Shown: positions 10,690-22,001 of the stretch, in pieces | Layout of the letters: each line of letters begins with the position of its first letter | Position numbering within the stretch: position 1 is the stretch's first letter | From: Dehalococcoidia bacterium | GTDB taxonomy: Bacteria > Chloroflexota > Dehalococcoidia > UBA2979 | Assembly: GCA_964291495.2 (NCBI GenBank) | Contig: OZ219874.1 | Coordinates: 32,001-96,000 of the forward strand | DNA length: 64,000 nt | Reading direction: 5' to 3' | Program-made: the position numbers and the translations under genes | Notes under the pieces: model-generated | Seen by the model: only the letters and a program-made list of their open reading frames with translations | Told to the model about the DNA's origin: nothing | Databases searched by the model: none

Positions 10690-11043
10690 GTGGTCGAGTC
10701 ACGCGCTCAGCCCGAAGAACTTGACCGGGAGCGGTTGCTCCGCATCACGGCCAGGCGCGCCCGGATCCTCCGCGAGCTGACGGATGGCTACAGCGGGAGG
10801 GCGGCCGCGCTGCGGCTCGGGATATCGCTCAGCGGCCTGCGCAGCCACGTCCAGGCGCTCAGGGGGATCACGGGGTGCGCGTCCGTCCGCGAACTCGCGC
10901 GCTGGTGGGGGGACCACCGCGAGGTCTGGCTTCTCGTCATGGGCCAGCAGGCCGGCTTGCCCGCCGTGACCGAGGAGAACACTGTCGTGGCGCCTGGGGA
11001 GACCGACCATGCAGCAGCAGATCCCGGCGACACAGGGCGTTGA
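10690..11043 (+). CDS. LuxR-type C-terminal HTH regulator
   Basis: ITARRARILRELTDGYSGRAAALRLGISLSGLRSHV. Start uncertain. Confidence 0.65.
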   Translation: MVESRAQPEELDRERLLRITARRARILRELTDGYSGRAAALRLGISLSGLRSHVQALRGITGCASVRELARWWGDHREVWLLVMGQQAGLPAVTEENTVVAPGETDHAAADPGDTGR

Positions 11044-11318
11044 ACGGGAACCGTGCGGCCCGCGGGTCCGAATCCCCGACCGTGACCATCCACGCCCTGC
11101 GGCGTCTCCGTACGCTCGCCCCGTCCCGCCAGCGGTGCACTGGCCTGAGCGTGCCGCGACCCCGAAAGGGAACCAACCGTGAGCCGTCAGCGTACTGCCC
11201 GGTGAGGGCTGCCGCACTCGAGGCAGTCCGGGTGCCGTGGCCGGCCCGAGCGCCCGAGGCCTGGGGGATTGACTTGGCATCGACGCCCGGCGTGGCGTGA
11301 CACAGGATCGAGGGCACC

Positions 11319-12398
11319 ATGAATGCACGACTAACGGCCTTACTGGCGGCGCTGCTGCTCGCCGTATCGGCCCTCGTTGCCTGCACGGGCGGCAGGGAGA
11401 AGGCAGGCGAGGCGGCGGCGACCGCAACCGCGACCCCGACTCCGACCGCCACTCCCACCTCGGCGCTCCGGGAAGAGTCCGCGGAGGTAGCCTCGGACCG
11501 CGCCGTTCTGGTCGCGCTCTACCACACCATGGGCGGTGAAGACTGGTATGAGAGCACGAACTGGTTGACCGATGCACCACTCGGCTCGTGGTACGGGGTC
11601 ACGACCAACGACAGCGGCCGCGTAACGGAGTTGGTGCTTGGGGTTGGTCTGAGCGGGTCGATCCCGTCCGAGTTGGGCGACTTGACCCACCTTGAGCGGC
11701 TGTTCTTGGGGCATAATCGTCCACCCACGTCGTTCTCGGTGAGCGACTTGAGTGGGCCGATCCCGCCCGAGCTTGGCATGCTCACGCGCCTGAAGCAGCT
11801 GGTCCTGACGGATCACAGGCTGAGCGGACCGATCCCAGAGGAGTTGGGGAACCTGGTCCACCTGGAGAAGCTGGAACTCTCCGGCTGTCAATTGAGCGGG
11901 CCGATCCCGCCCGAGCTGGGCATGCTCGCGAGCCTGAGGGAGCTGGAGCTCGGAGCGAACGGGCTGAGCGGGCACATCCCGCCCGAACTGGGTGGCCTCG
12001 CGAGCCTGAGAAAACTGAGCCTGACGCCGAACGAACTGAGTGGGCCAATCCCGTCTCAGATAAGCGGTCTCACCGACCTTCAGACGCTGTACCTCTCGCA
12101 CAACAAGCTGAGTGGGCCAATTCCACCTGAACTGGGTCAACTCACGAACCTGTCGTGGCTCGACCTCTCGTACAACGAGTTGAGTGGGCCAATTCCACCT
12201 GAACTGGGTCAACTCACGAACCTGTCGTGGCTCGCCCTCTCGTACAACGAGTTGAGCGGGTCAATCCCGCCCGAGTTGGGAGGGCTCAGCAAGCTCGGCT
12301 TTCTGCGCCTCTCGGGCAACAAGCTGAGCGGCTGTGTCCCGAGGGGATTGCAGGACGCGGTGGACTTCAAGGAGCTCGCCCTACCCCGCTGCGACTGA
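11319..12398 (+). CDS. Leucine-rich repeat lipoprotein (plant-type 24-aa LRR)
   Basis: Lipobox LVAC, T/P linker, cap DRAVLVALY...NW...WYGV, repeats LSGPIPPELGxL. Confidence 0.9.
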   Translation: MNARLTALLAALLLAVSALVACTGGREKAGEAAATATATPTPTATPTSALREESAEVASDRAVLVALYHTMGGEDWYESTNWLTDAPLGSWYGVTTNDSGRVTELVLGVGLSGSIPSELGDLTHLERLFLGHNRPPTSFSVSDLSGPIPPELGMLTRLKQLVLTDHRLSGPIPEELGNLVHLEKLELSGCQLSGPIPPELGMLASLRELELGANGLSGHIPPELGGLASLRKLSLTPNELSGPIPSQISGLTDLQTLYLSHNKLSGPIPPELGQLTNLSWLDLSYNELSGPIPPELGQLTNLSWLALSYNELSGSIPPELGGLSKLGFLRLSGNKLSGCVPRGLQDAVDFKELALPRCD

Positions 12399-12748
12399 GC
12401 GGCGATCGCCCTCGGGGCGAAGCACTGAAGGCCGGGCGGCGGCTCATGCCCCTCGGCTTTGCGACAGCCCGCAGGTCAGTGCACGGGCCATGCGCAGTTG
12501 CAGCATCCGCGTGCGCCCGCGCGAGGGCCTCAGGCGACCGCCCTCGCCGCACAGCTCGTCTCGGCTGTCGAAGCGGTCCCGCCGGTACGAGGCCAGTGGG
12601 AGTGTCAACTCATGCTCCCTCGCGGGCGCGATCTGGACTTCACGGACGCATGTCGCCACTCCGGCCGACGCTCAGCCTTGAAGCGAGCTCCGCCTGGCGG
12701 CTGCTATCTCCTCCGTGTCCATGCGGCCGAAGTCGGTCATCCCGCGGG

Positions 12749-14975
12749 TGAAGTCAGCGCTCGGATAGTGATCCAAACAGCGCTCGGATGGTGATCCACT
12801 CGGGGCGTTGTCCCAGCATCTCCGGCGGCGGGGGCCGCGGAGGCTGGGGGAGGGGATGCTGCGAGTGCAAGACGTGCACGTGCTGCGGCACAAGGTGCTG
12901 GTCGAAGGCCTGAGCCGCCGGCAGGTCGCCCGGGAGCTGGGGATCAGCCGCAACACCGTGCGGCGCTACCTGACGCTGGCCGAGCCACTGCGGGTCGAGC
13001 GCGAGCCGCGCCGCAAGCCGGTCCTCGAACGGGTGCAGCCGCGCCTCGACGAGTTGCTGGAGGAGTGGTCGGGCCGCACGACGCCCAAGCAGCGACTGAC
13101 GGCGACGAGGCTGCACCGCCAGCTGCGCGAGGAGGGCTACCAGGTCGGGGAGACGCTGGTGCGCGACTACCTGCGCGAGTGGCGGCGCCGCCGCGCCGAG
13201 GTCTACGTGCCGCTGGTGCACCGCCCGGGCGAGGAGGCGCAGGTCGACTTCTTCGAGGTCAGCGTCGAGGTCGGCGGCGAGCGCCGCAAGGCCTGGAAGT
13301 TCCTGATGCGGCTGATGTACTCGGGCCGCGACTTCGTCCGGCTCTACGAGCGCCAGGACCAGCTCGCCTTCCTCGACGGCCACGTGCGGGCCTTCGCCCA
13401 CTTCGGCGGGGTGCCCGCGCGCATCGTCTACGACAACCTCGCAGCGGCGGTGCAGCGCGTGCAGTTCCCCAGGCGCCGGCTCACCGAGCGCTTCACGGCG
13501 CTGGCGAGCCACTACCTCTACAAGCCCAGCTTCGCGCGGCCCGGCGAGGGCCACGACAAGGGCGGAGTCGAGGGGCGCGGGAACGCGGTCCGGCTGCAGC
13601 ACCTCACGCCGGTGCCGCGCGGCGACTCGCTGGCCGCGCTCTCGGCGTGGCTGCAGGGCGAGGTCGACCGCCTGGCGCCTGAGCGGGTGTGGGAGCGTAT
13701 CGCCGAGGAGCGCCCGCTGCTGCGCCCCGAGCCCGCTGTCGCGTTCGAGGCGCGGCGCGTGCAGCCGGTCTCGGTGAGCCGCAGCGCGCTGGTGCGCGTC
13801 GAGGGCGCCTGGTACTCGGCGCCGAGCCGCTGGGCGGGCCTGCGCGCGACGGCGCTGCTCGGCGTGGAGGAGCTGACGCTGCGCTGCCGCGGCGAGGACG
13901 TCGTGCACCCGAGGCAGCGCTTCGGCGAGCGCCGTGTCGACTACCGGCACTACCTCGCCGAGCTGGCGCGCAAGCCGCAGGCGCTGCGGCAGGTCGCGCC
14001 GGAGCTGCTCGCGGAGTTGGGTGAGCCCTTCGGGCGGCTCTGGGCGCTGCTGGAGGGCGAGCGCGGCGGCCACGAGGCCACTCGGGCGCTGGCGCGGCTG
14101 CTGCGCACCGTGGACGAGCACGGCGAGGCGGCGCGCGCGGCCGTGCTCGAGGCGCACTGCCGGGAGCTCAGGCTGCCCACGCTGCGCCGCCACTACGCCG
14201 AGCTCGTGCGCGAGGCGACGCAGGACGGCTGGGACTACGAGGAGTTCCTGCTGCAGCTGCTCGAGGCTGAGGTGCTGGCCCGCCGCGACGGCGCCGTGGC
14301 GCGCCTGCTGCGCCAGGCCCGCTTCCCCGACATGAAGACCTTCGGGCAGCTCGACTGGGAGGCGCTTCGGGGCGTCGAGCGCCCCCAGCTCGCCCAGCTC
14401 GCGACCTGCGAGTACATCGAGCGCTCAGAGGACGTCGTGATCGCCGGGCCGATCGGCACCGGCAAGACGCACCTCGCGATCGCGCTCGGCGTCGAGGCCG
14501 CCCGCCGCCGCCACCGTGTCGCCTTCGTGCGCGCCGCCGACCTCGTGCGCGAGCTGGTCGAGGCGCGCGACGAGCTCACGCTCTCCAGGTTGCATCAGCG
14601 CTACCTGCGCGTCGCGCTGCTGATCGTCGACGAGCTCGGCTTCGTGCCCTTCGAGCGCACCGGCGGCGAACTGCTCTTCAACCTGCTCGCCGACCGCTAC
14701 GAGCGGTGCTCGACGATCGTCACCACCAACCTCGCCTTCAGCGAGTGGGTGCAGGTCTTCGGCGACGAGAAACTGACCACGGCGCTGCTCGACCGGCTCG
14801 GGCACCACGCCCAGATCCTGACCACGCGCGGTGCGTCCTACCGCACGCGGCACAGAACACAGACCTGACCTGATCCATGAAGAACTCAGCACCAAGAACG
14901 TCAGCAGGGATCGTGGCGCCGGAGTGGATCGACATCCGGGCGCTGACCTGGACCACTATCCGATCGCTGTTGACA
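12749..14975 (+). mobile_element. IS21-family insertion sequence
   Basis: TG...CA ends. Imperfect ~50-bp inverted repeats with tandem CAGCGCTCGGATRGTGATCCA sites; 5-bp target duplication GCGGG (12744-48 and 14976-80). Confidence 0.92.
12856..14868 (+). CDS. IstA-IstB in-frame fusion (DDE transposase + AAA+ ATPase)
   Basis: HTH, QVDF / YDNL / KGGVE (DDE), then GPIGTGKT and LLIVDE in the same frame with no stop. Confidence 0.85.
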   Translation: MLRVQDVHVLRHKVLVEGLSRRQVARELGISRNTVRRYLTLAEPLRVEREPRRKPVLERVQPRLDELLEEWSGRTTPKQRLTATRLHRQLREEGYQVGETLVRDYLREWRRRRAEVYVPLVHRPGEEAQVDFFEVSVEVGGERRKAWKFLMRLMYSGRDFVRLYERQDQLAFLDGHVRAFAHFGGVPARIVYDNLAAAVQRVQFPRRRLTERFTALASHYLYKPSFARPGEGHDKGGVEGRGNAVRLQHLTPVPRGDSLAALSAWLQGEVDRLAPERVWERIAEERPLLRPEPAVAFEARRVQPVSVSRSALVRVEGAWYSAPSRWAGLRATALLGVEELTLRCRGEDVVHPRQRFGERRVDYRHYLAELARKPQALRQVAPELLAELGEPFGRLWALLEGERGGHEATRALARLLRTVDEHGEAARAAVLEAHCRELRLPTLRRHYAELVREATQDGWDYEEFLLQLLEAEVLARRDGAVARLLRQARFPDMKTFGQLDWEALRGVERPQLAQLATCEYIERSEDVVIAGPIGTGKTHLAIALGVEAARRRHRVAFVRAADLVRELVEARDELTLSRLHQRYLRVALLIVDELGFVPFERTGGELLFNLLADRYERCSTIVTTNLAFSEWVQVFGDEKLTTALLDRLGHHAQILTTRGASYRTRHRTQT

Positions 14976-15109
14976 GCGGGCGGCCGCGCCGGTTGGACAC
15001 TTCCTGCGGAAGGTGGTGGGCGGAGCGCGCAGGAGGCCATCCGCAGTCGACACGCCGGGGTGTCTGCATCAGCCTCACCTGGCAGCGGACAACCGCTTCA
15101 GCGAGAAGG

Positions 15110-16000
15110 TTACGGCGGGGCCGGCTGCTTGTTGCTACCGCCCTCCCCGTCCTCATCCTTCAGGGGACAAACCTCCGGCATGACCTCGCAGATATCGCCG
15201 AAGACCGCGGTCACCGTCATGTCCGTGTTCAGCACGATCCGCGGGCCACTCGGCTCCCAGCTCTCCAAGAAATAGAGCTCGTTCGGCGTGGCGGTCAGCG
15301 TGACCGGTGTTCCGCACACATACGTACCGCCCGGACTGACCGTCCCGGCTCCAAGTGGCCTGACGCGCGTCGTGAGCGTGCAGAGTGGTGTCGGTTCCTG
15401 GACCGTGAATGAGTTGGAGTAGTCGCTCCAGTCATCGTCGCAGGTAAAGAACTGACCGAGGGTGTCCGGCGCGCCGAAGTCGTGTTTGCTGTATTGGCAG
15501 ACGCGGCCGCGCAGTTTGTAAGTGCCCGGGCGCAACGGCCCAATCTGGACGGTGCCCTCCGCGTCCGTCAGCGATTGGTCGGGAGGCGTGTCGACCACGG
15601 GCGGGCGAGGGTTAACAGCGCTGCCAGAGCGCTGTAGTTCCCACTCGATAAAGAGATGGTCTTGCCAGTCAAAGAAGGTGGGGTCGGTGGTGCCCTCCCA
15701 CGTGTACCTCGCGGTCGCCCGCATATCGGAGATGGTGAACCCCACGATGTTCGGGACATCCAGCTTGTCGCGATCAGGCGGCTTGGGCAGCGACATCGGC
15801 GGATCGAAACCGATCACGAGCTCCACGGGGAGCGGAAAGCCGATCGGTCCCGTCACGAGATTTTCGTGCGGCGGCGCCATCATGTGGACGCCTTGCGCCT
15901 GACCATCGAGAAGGGCATCTGTCGTCACGGAGATCCCGTAGAGCAGCTGGTCTCGATCAGCCAGTGTTGTCGGGGAGAGATAGTCCCAAGTCTCCCTTTC
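15110..16000 (-). pseudogene. Surface-protein C-terminal fragment with an InlB B-type repeat
   Basis: GAGTVSPGGTYVCGTPVTLTATPN; paralogous to 16011..17366; no signal peptide or credible start. 5' limit approximate. Confidence 0.6.
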
Positions 16001-16010
16001 TACAGATGCA

Positions 16011-17366
16011 TTGAAGCGACGGAGCAGCAAGTTCCATACTGAAGAGAACGAGGCGGGAGACTTCGTCCAGAGGAAGGTCGGTTTTCCGCTCGTCGTGGAA
16101 CTCATAACCGGCTTCCATCCGCCGGACTCGCTGCCCGATCCGCCTAATGCCAACGAGCAAGTTGCCCCAAGCATCACAGACTTCACGGCATCGCGCGTCC
16201 AGGGTACGGTTGGAACCTACGCTGCGACCGGAACCTACACTTGGTACCACAGCAACCCTATCCGGTTCATTGACTGGCAACTACATCGTTCCAGTAGCGA
16301 GACCGGGACGTCGTACAACCCTGTGGTGCCTCGTCCACCGATGGTGGACACACCACCCCAGCCCGGGATGGTGGCACTAACAGGGACCGTCACCTTTACC
16401 CCGGTGTCGCCCGGCTGGTATAAGCTGCGAGGTAGAGCGTGCCAGTACAGCAGGCACGAGCCCGGGACGCCGGACATCCTTGGTCAGTTCATGGTCTGCG
16501 GGGATTGGAGCAACTTCTCCGCTCCAGACGATGTTCCAATACCGCCGCCGCCGCCGGAACTCTGCACCGTGCGCACGAGCGTGTCTCCGCCGGGTGCCGG
16601 GACGGTCAGTGGAGGCGGGACCTATCTCTGCGGGCAGAGCGTAACGCTTACAGCCACTCCAACGTACCCACAGGTCACCTATCACTCGGGCTGGACAGGC
16701 GTGTGCGCGAGTGCGGGTCCTACCTCCTGTACCTTCGGCGCCGCCAGCGTTTCCGTCACGGCCATCTTCCGCCAGGATTGCGAGCCCATTACTCCCTGTC
16801 GCCGCGCCAACGCCGACGACCAGCGAGCGGGGTTCACCTTCAAGGTCCACCTGGGCGAGAACCTGGCTAGCGGGACAGGCGCGCGTTCGGAGACGCCGCT
16901 GAGTGTCGAGGTCACGATCGGGGACTCGGCCCCGCTCGCCGTGAGCCCAGTCCAAGGCGAAGCGGGGACGTGGTCCGTTGAGGTTCCGGCCAACGCCTCG
17001 TTCCTTACCGAGGGGTCGCACGACGTCGTGGTCGACTGGTACAGGGGCGAAAAGCTCGTCGCCTCTGAGGCCACCACGATCCTCGTGGATCTGACCGCCC
17101 CATCGGTCAGCTACAGCGAGCCGGCGTCACTAACTGCGGGGACGCCTGTCAGCATCTCGCCGTCGACGACGGACACGGACATCGCGTCCTACGCGCTCAA
17201 GGCGGGATCGAGCCTGCCCGAGGGTCTCACGCTCGACCGTGCGAGCGGCGCGGTCAGCGGCACGCCGAGTGCGGCAGAGGCCGCGGGGGACGTGACCATC
17301 GTGGTCACGGACGAGGCCGGCAACACTTTGGAGGTCACGCTCGCGCTGCCGGCGGTGGAGGAATAA
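16011..17366 (+). pseudogene. Surface-protein C-terminal fragment with an InlB B-type repeat and putative Ig domains
   Basis: GAGTVSGGGTYLCGQSVTLTATP; LPEGLTLDRASGAVSGTP (putative Ig). In-frame stop at 15981 and no signal peptide. Confidence 0.6.
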
Positions 17367-17611
17367 CACCGCCGGCAGCGTGACGCAATCACTTGAATCA
17401 GGGGCCCGTGCCATTGACTGTTTTGAGTTGATCGAGGTGGCGCGAACGCCGCCTGCCAACGTGCTCCGCCGGCGTATCGTCTGGTGACTGGGCATGGCAG
17501 TGTCACACTTGAGGTAGCCCGGGCGCCGTCGCTGACCCGGCCGCGCGGGGCTTGGCGGACTGGCCTTGGCATCGACGCTCGGCGTAGTGTGGCACAGGAT
17601 CGAGGGGCGCC

Positions 17612-18829
17612 ATGGATACACGACGAACGGCCTTGCTGGCGGCGCTGCTGCTCGCCGCAGCGGCCCTCGCGGCCTGCAGGGGCGGAGGAGACGAGGCCGG
17701 CCAAGGCGAGGTGTTGGCGACAGCAACGCCGACTTCGACGACGGCTACCGCCCCTCAGGCTCGGACCCCAACCGGGGCGCCTGCCCCAATCTCGGCCGCC
17801 GCGGCGTCGCCGATCCCGACGCCGCGGCCGCCGGAGCCGCCAGACGTAGCCGCGGACCGCGCCGTCCTCGTCGTGCTCTACCACGCCATGGGCGGTGCTG
17901 ACTGGTTTCGGAACACGAACTGGTTGACCAGCCTGCCGCTCGGCGAGTGGTCCGGCGTCTCGACTGACCGCGACGGTCGCGTAAGAAGTCTGTCCCTCAC
18001 CAGTCTCAGCGGCCGTATCCCGCCGGAGTTGGGCGACCTCAGCAGGCTGGAGTGGCTCACCCTCAACGGAACCCCCAGTTGGGGTTATGCCAGCCAGTTG
18101 AGCGGCCCCATCCCACCGGAGCTGGGCAACCTCCAGAACCTTACGTGGCTGGATCTCTCCTGGAATCAGTTGAGCGGGCCGATCCCCGCTGAACTGGGCA
18201 ACCTGACCGCGCTGACGTGGCTGAGCCTCTCGGCCAACAAGTTGAGCGGACCCATCCCGCCCGAACTGGGCAACCTCACCCGGCTGGACTCTCTGGCTCT
18301 CTGGGGCAACGCGTTCACAGGATCCATCCCTGCCGAACTGGGCGGCCTCCAGAACCTGACACACATGTTCATTGCAGACACTCAGTTGAGCGGCCCGCTC
18401 CCGTCCGAGTTGGGAGGCCTCACGAGCCTGGTGATCCTTGTGCTCGCTGGGAACAGGTTGAGCGGACCCATCCCGCCCGAACTGGGCGGCCTCCAGAACC
18501 TCCAGGATCTAAACCTCTCGGACAACGACCTGAGCGGGCCCATCCCTGCTGAGCTCGGCAATCTCATGAACCTTCGGCTCCTGGACCTCTCGGGCAACGA
18601 CTTGAGCGGGCCCATCCCGCCCGAACTGGGTGGCCTCCAGAACCTCTGGTACCTACGCCTCTCGGACAACGACTTGAGCGGGCGCTTCCCCTCTGAACTG
18701 GGCAGCCTCACGAAGCTCGAGGATGTGCGTATCGCGGGTAACAGGTTGGCCCGTTGTATCCCTGAGGGATGGCGGGGCACTCGTGTTGGCGCCCTGGTCG
18801 TGGAGCGTGGCTGGCACTACTGCTACTGA
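17612..18829 (+). CDS. Leucine-rich repeat lipoprotein (plant-type LRR)
   Basis: Lipobox LAAC, T/P linker, cap, about ten LSGPIP(P/A)ELG repeats. Confidence 0.9.
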   Translation: MDTRRTALLAALLLAAAALAACRGGGDEAGQGEVLATATPTSTTATAPQARTPTGAPAPISAAAASPIPTPRPPEPPDVAADRAVLVVLYHAMGGADWFRNTNWLTSLPLGEWSGVSTDRDGRVRSLSLTSLSGRIPPELGDLSRLEWLTLNGTPSWGYASQLSGPIPPELGNLQNLTWLDLSWNQLSGPIPAELGNLTALTWLSLSANKLSGPIPPELGNLTRLDSLALWGNAFTGSIPAELGGLQNLTHMFIADTQLSGPLPSELGGLTSLVILVLAGNRLSGPIPPELGGLQNLQDLNLSDNDLSGPIPAELGNLMNLRLLDLSGNDLSGPIPPELGGLQNLWYLRLSDNDLSGRFPSELGSLTKLEDVRIAGNRLARCIPEGWRGTRVGALVVERGWHYCY

Positions 18830-19396
18830 GCCGCGCCCGCACGCGCAGGCCGGGTACTCGGGCCGGGCGCCGGCTGCCGCGGCCAGTTCCACCACCGAGC
18901 GTGGGTGTCCCTAGCTGAGCCGGCCGCGATCCAGGGCGCATCGACCGCCACGACGGAGCTACGCTGACTGCACGATCTTAGGCTCACACCTGCACCAGCA
19001 GGGTTCCTTCCACCAAGCAGCAGTGATTGCGCTGGCGGCGGCGAGTACGAGCTCGCACCTCGCCGCCACGGGTTCGGGGCCGCGACTGGGAGCGGGCACT
19101 GGAACGACGAAAGTCGAGGCGAGGGTGGCGCGCCCCGGCCACAAACTTCAGCACGGACCACATGCTCTCGGACCCCTCGTGCACTCTCTCTAGGGTGACG
19201 GCCGCTGCCACCGCAACTGTCACCGTCGCCGCCAGCTACCGCCGGGAGACCGACGGACGACTACCGCACGCTGTCCGCGCCCCGAGGATGACGATCGCAG
19301 AGGCCGGCGACGGCCTTTCGGCGGATGGCCGGACTCAGTGGTTGCGGTCAGGTCGGATTCTCTGAGTGCCGGGCCATTATGCCTGACGCTCCGGTG

Positions 19397-19431
19397 ATGC
19401 TGCACAACAACGAGTTGACCGGACCGATCCT
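19397..19431 (+). pseudogene. Tiny LRR gene remnant abutting the IS256 end
   Basis: Translates LHNNELTGPI, matching the local LRR consensus. Confidence 0.45.
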
Positions 19432-20533
19432 GGTCACGTCCCGTCAAGTGGTGTCGCTGTGCACCATCCTGATCAGTTCTCAGCTGGCAGCCTGCAGGAG
19501 CACCTCCTCTGCTGAAGTGACCTCGGGTGCGGGCGGGGGCAGCAGCGTCACCGCCGCCATGTAGCGCCTCGCCACGGCCCATTCGTCGTGCTGCTCGGCC
19601 AGCACCGCACCGACCAGGCCGACCACCGCGGCGCGGTTGGGAAAGATGCCGACCACGTCGGTGCGGCGCCGGATCTCGCGGGTTGAGACGCTCGAGCGGG
19701 TTGTTGGACCAGACCTGCCGCCAGTGCGCGAGCGGGCAGGCCGTGAAGGCGAGGACCTCCGGCGCCGCCTCGTCGAGCATCGCCGCGGCCTCCGGGAAGC
19801 GCTCCTCCAGCTGGTCGACGACCCGGGCGTGCTGGGCGTGCACCTCGGCGCCGAGGGCTGCTGGAAGATGGTGCGCACCGTCGTCGCCACCAGCCCCTCG
19901 GCGCTCTTCGGCACGCGGGTCAGCAGGTTGCGCATGAAGTGCGTCCTGCAGCGCTGCCAGGATGCGCCGCCGAAGACGGTTGCGATCGCCTCGCGCAGGC
20001 CCTGGTGGGCGTCCGAGGTGACGAGCTCGACTCCTGCGAGCCCGCGCGCCACGAGGCCCCGAAGAAATGCGAGCCAGAACGCCCCGTCCTCGGAGGTGCT
20101 GACGTCGAATACCCAGCACCTCGCGCTTGCCGTCACAGTTGACGGCGGTGGCGACCACGACGCTGACCTGCTGGATGCGGCCCTCCTCGCGCACGCGCTG
20201 GGTGAGCGCGTCGAGCCAGAGGTAGCGGTAGGGACCTGCGTCGAGCGGTCGCTCGAGGAAGCTCGTCACGACCGTGTCGAGCTCGGAGCAGATGCGCGTG
20301 ACCTGGCTCTTGGAGATGCCCTCGCAGCCGAGCGAGCGCACGAGGTCGTCGACGCGGCGCGTCGAGACGCCCTCGACGTAGGCCTGCGTGACGACCGAGA
20401 CGAGGGCGCGCTCCGAGCGCCGGCGCGGCTCGAGCAGCGAGGGGAAGTAGCTGCCCTCGCGCAGCTTCGGGATACCCAGCTCGATCGTGCCCACGCGCGT
20501 GTCCCAGCGCCTCGGCCGGTAGCCGTTGCGCCG
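19432..20533 (-). mobile_element. IS256-family element, frameshifted and missing its left end
   Basis: [65 protein letters not shown] spread over three frames; end CACCACTTGACGGGACGTGACC. Confidence 0.85.
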
Positions 20534-20920
20534 GGTCGACGGCCCAGGTCATCGCCTCGATGTTCCCCAGCACCTCCACCGCGGTGACGTCGCGCGGCTC
20601 CTCTCCGAGCTGGCGGGCAGTCTGGGCGCGGAGGAGCCGGCGGCCCCCCACCTCGAGGCCCTCGATCCGTGAGGAGGCCACCGCTTCGGCGCGCAGCAGC
20701 AGCCGAGCAAGCGCCTCGGTGTCGGCGAGCGTGCCGGCCGCGTCGAGCAGACGAGCGCCGCCTCGGCGTCGGTGACGTCGGCGGCGACATCCCCGTCAAG
20801 CACGAACCGCCGGCCGACGAGTGGGTCGGGAATGTAGACTTCGTAGTCGCAGGGGCGGCGATCGCGGCGTGTCTGGCCGCGTTCATCGCCCTGCCAGCGC
20901 CGCGCTTCCAACCGGGCCAT
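20534..20920 (-). pseudogene. Fic-family protein N-terminal fragment
   Basis: YEVYIPDPL...DAEAAL [frameshift] LLLRAEAVASSRIEG...EVLGNIEAM; catalytic HPFxDGNGR region absent. Confidence 0.7.
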
Positions 20921-21036
20921 CTCGACCTCCTATTCAAGGATACACCAGAACCTTGAATATAGAGCACGGCAGTTGAAGGTTCGGGGCGAGCGCTCTCCTG
21001 AGCAAATGCTGCTGTACGACGGACAAGGAGCAGATC

Positions 21037-21808
21037 ATGTCGGACCTGATCGAGCACCTCCGATCGTTCAACAGGAAGGAGCGCTTCATTCCTGCTGCGC
21101 GAGGCCCTCGGCGGCGACACCCTCGGCGACGACTTCCGCGAGCGGCTCGGCGAAGCCATCGGTGTTGCGATCCCCGAGGACGCGTTCGTCGCGATGGACT
21201 ACCACCTCGACTGGCTGCAGATGGCGCTCTACCTGGCAGCCAATCCCTCGCCGCCGGAGCGTATCCGCAACGACGGACTCGTCTCCGGGAACCAGGAAGA
21301 CGCGGACCTGATCGTCGCGTTCGAGGGGGACTCGACGACGCACGTCGCCCTGGTTGAAGCGAAGGTCGAGACGAACTGGGCGAACAGGCAGCTCAAGTCG
21401 AAGGCCGGGCGGCTTAGCCGGATCTTCGGCGAAGGGCGGCCCGGGGTTCACCTGGCGACGCCCCACTACGTGCTCGCATCACCCGAACCGCCCCCTCCGG
21501 GCATCAGCACCGCCGGTTGGCCCGAGTGGATGAGGCCCCATGACGAGCCGGTCTGGATCGAGCTCAGGAGGCCGGCCCGGCTCAAGAAGCCGACGCGCTG
21601 TACGGCGCACGGGAAGACCTCGCGGCGGGGCCGCTTCGTGAAGATCGAATCGGTGAGCGGCTACGCCCAGCCGGCAGCGTCGGGAGTCGGTCCGCACGAG
21701 GTCGTGCATAAGGGCCAGGCGTACACCGTCGACTCTGAGGGCTTCGTCCTGCTCGCCTCGGGCCGCCGCGACAAGCGCTACAAGTACCCGCTCGTTCAGC
21801 GGTCCTGA
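21037..21808 (+). pseudogene. Putative PD-(D/E)xK nuclease-like protein with a +1 frameshift (repeat copy 2)
   Basis: AAGGAG RBS, MSDLIEHLRSFNRKERFI; an extra base near 21090 separates it from LLREALG...MDYHLDWL...D.IV...VEAK. Confidence 0.65.
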
Positions 21809-22001
21809 GCGCTGCCGCCAGCCGTGAGCCGGGTCAAGGCCACGGCACGGCGGGCGGGCCTACAAGCCTCTTACCGACGGATCGCCGGTCCGCCTTGCGC
21901 GGCTACTCCTCTCGGTGAACTCGGCATCGGGCGTCTCGAAGGCGGAAGGAGGGACGCCAAGCCATCGAGCCGCGGTGGAGCCACCTCGTCAGGCTGATCG
22001 G

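Noticed and set aside
7248-21809. Repeat pairs as DGR template/variable regions
   Set aside because: No reverse transcriptase in the window and the differences noticed are not adenine-specific.
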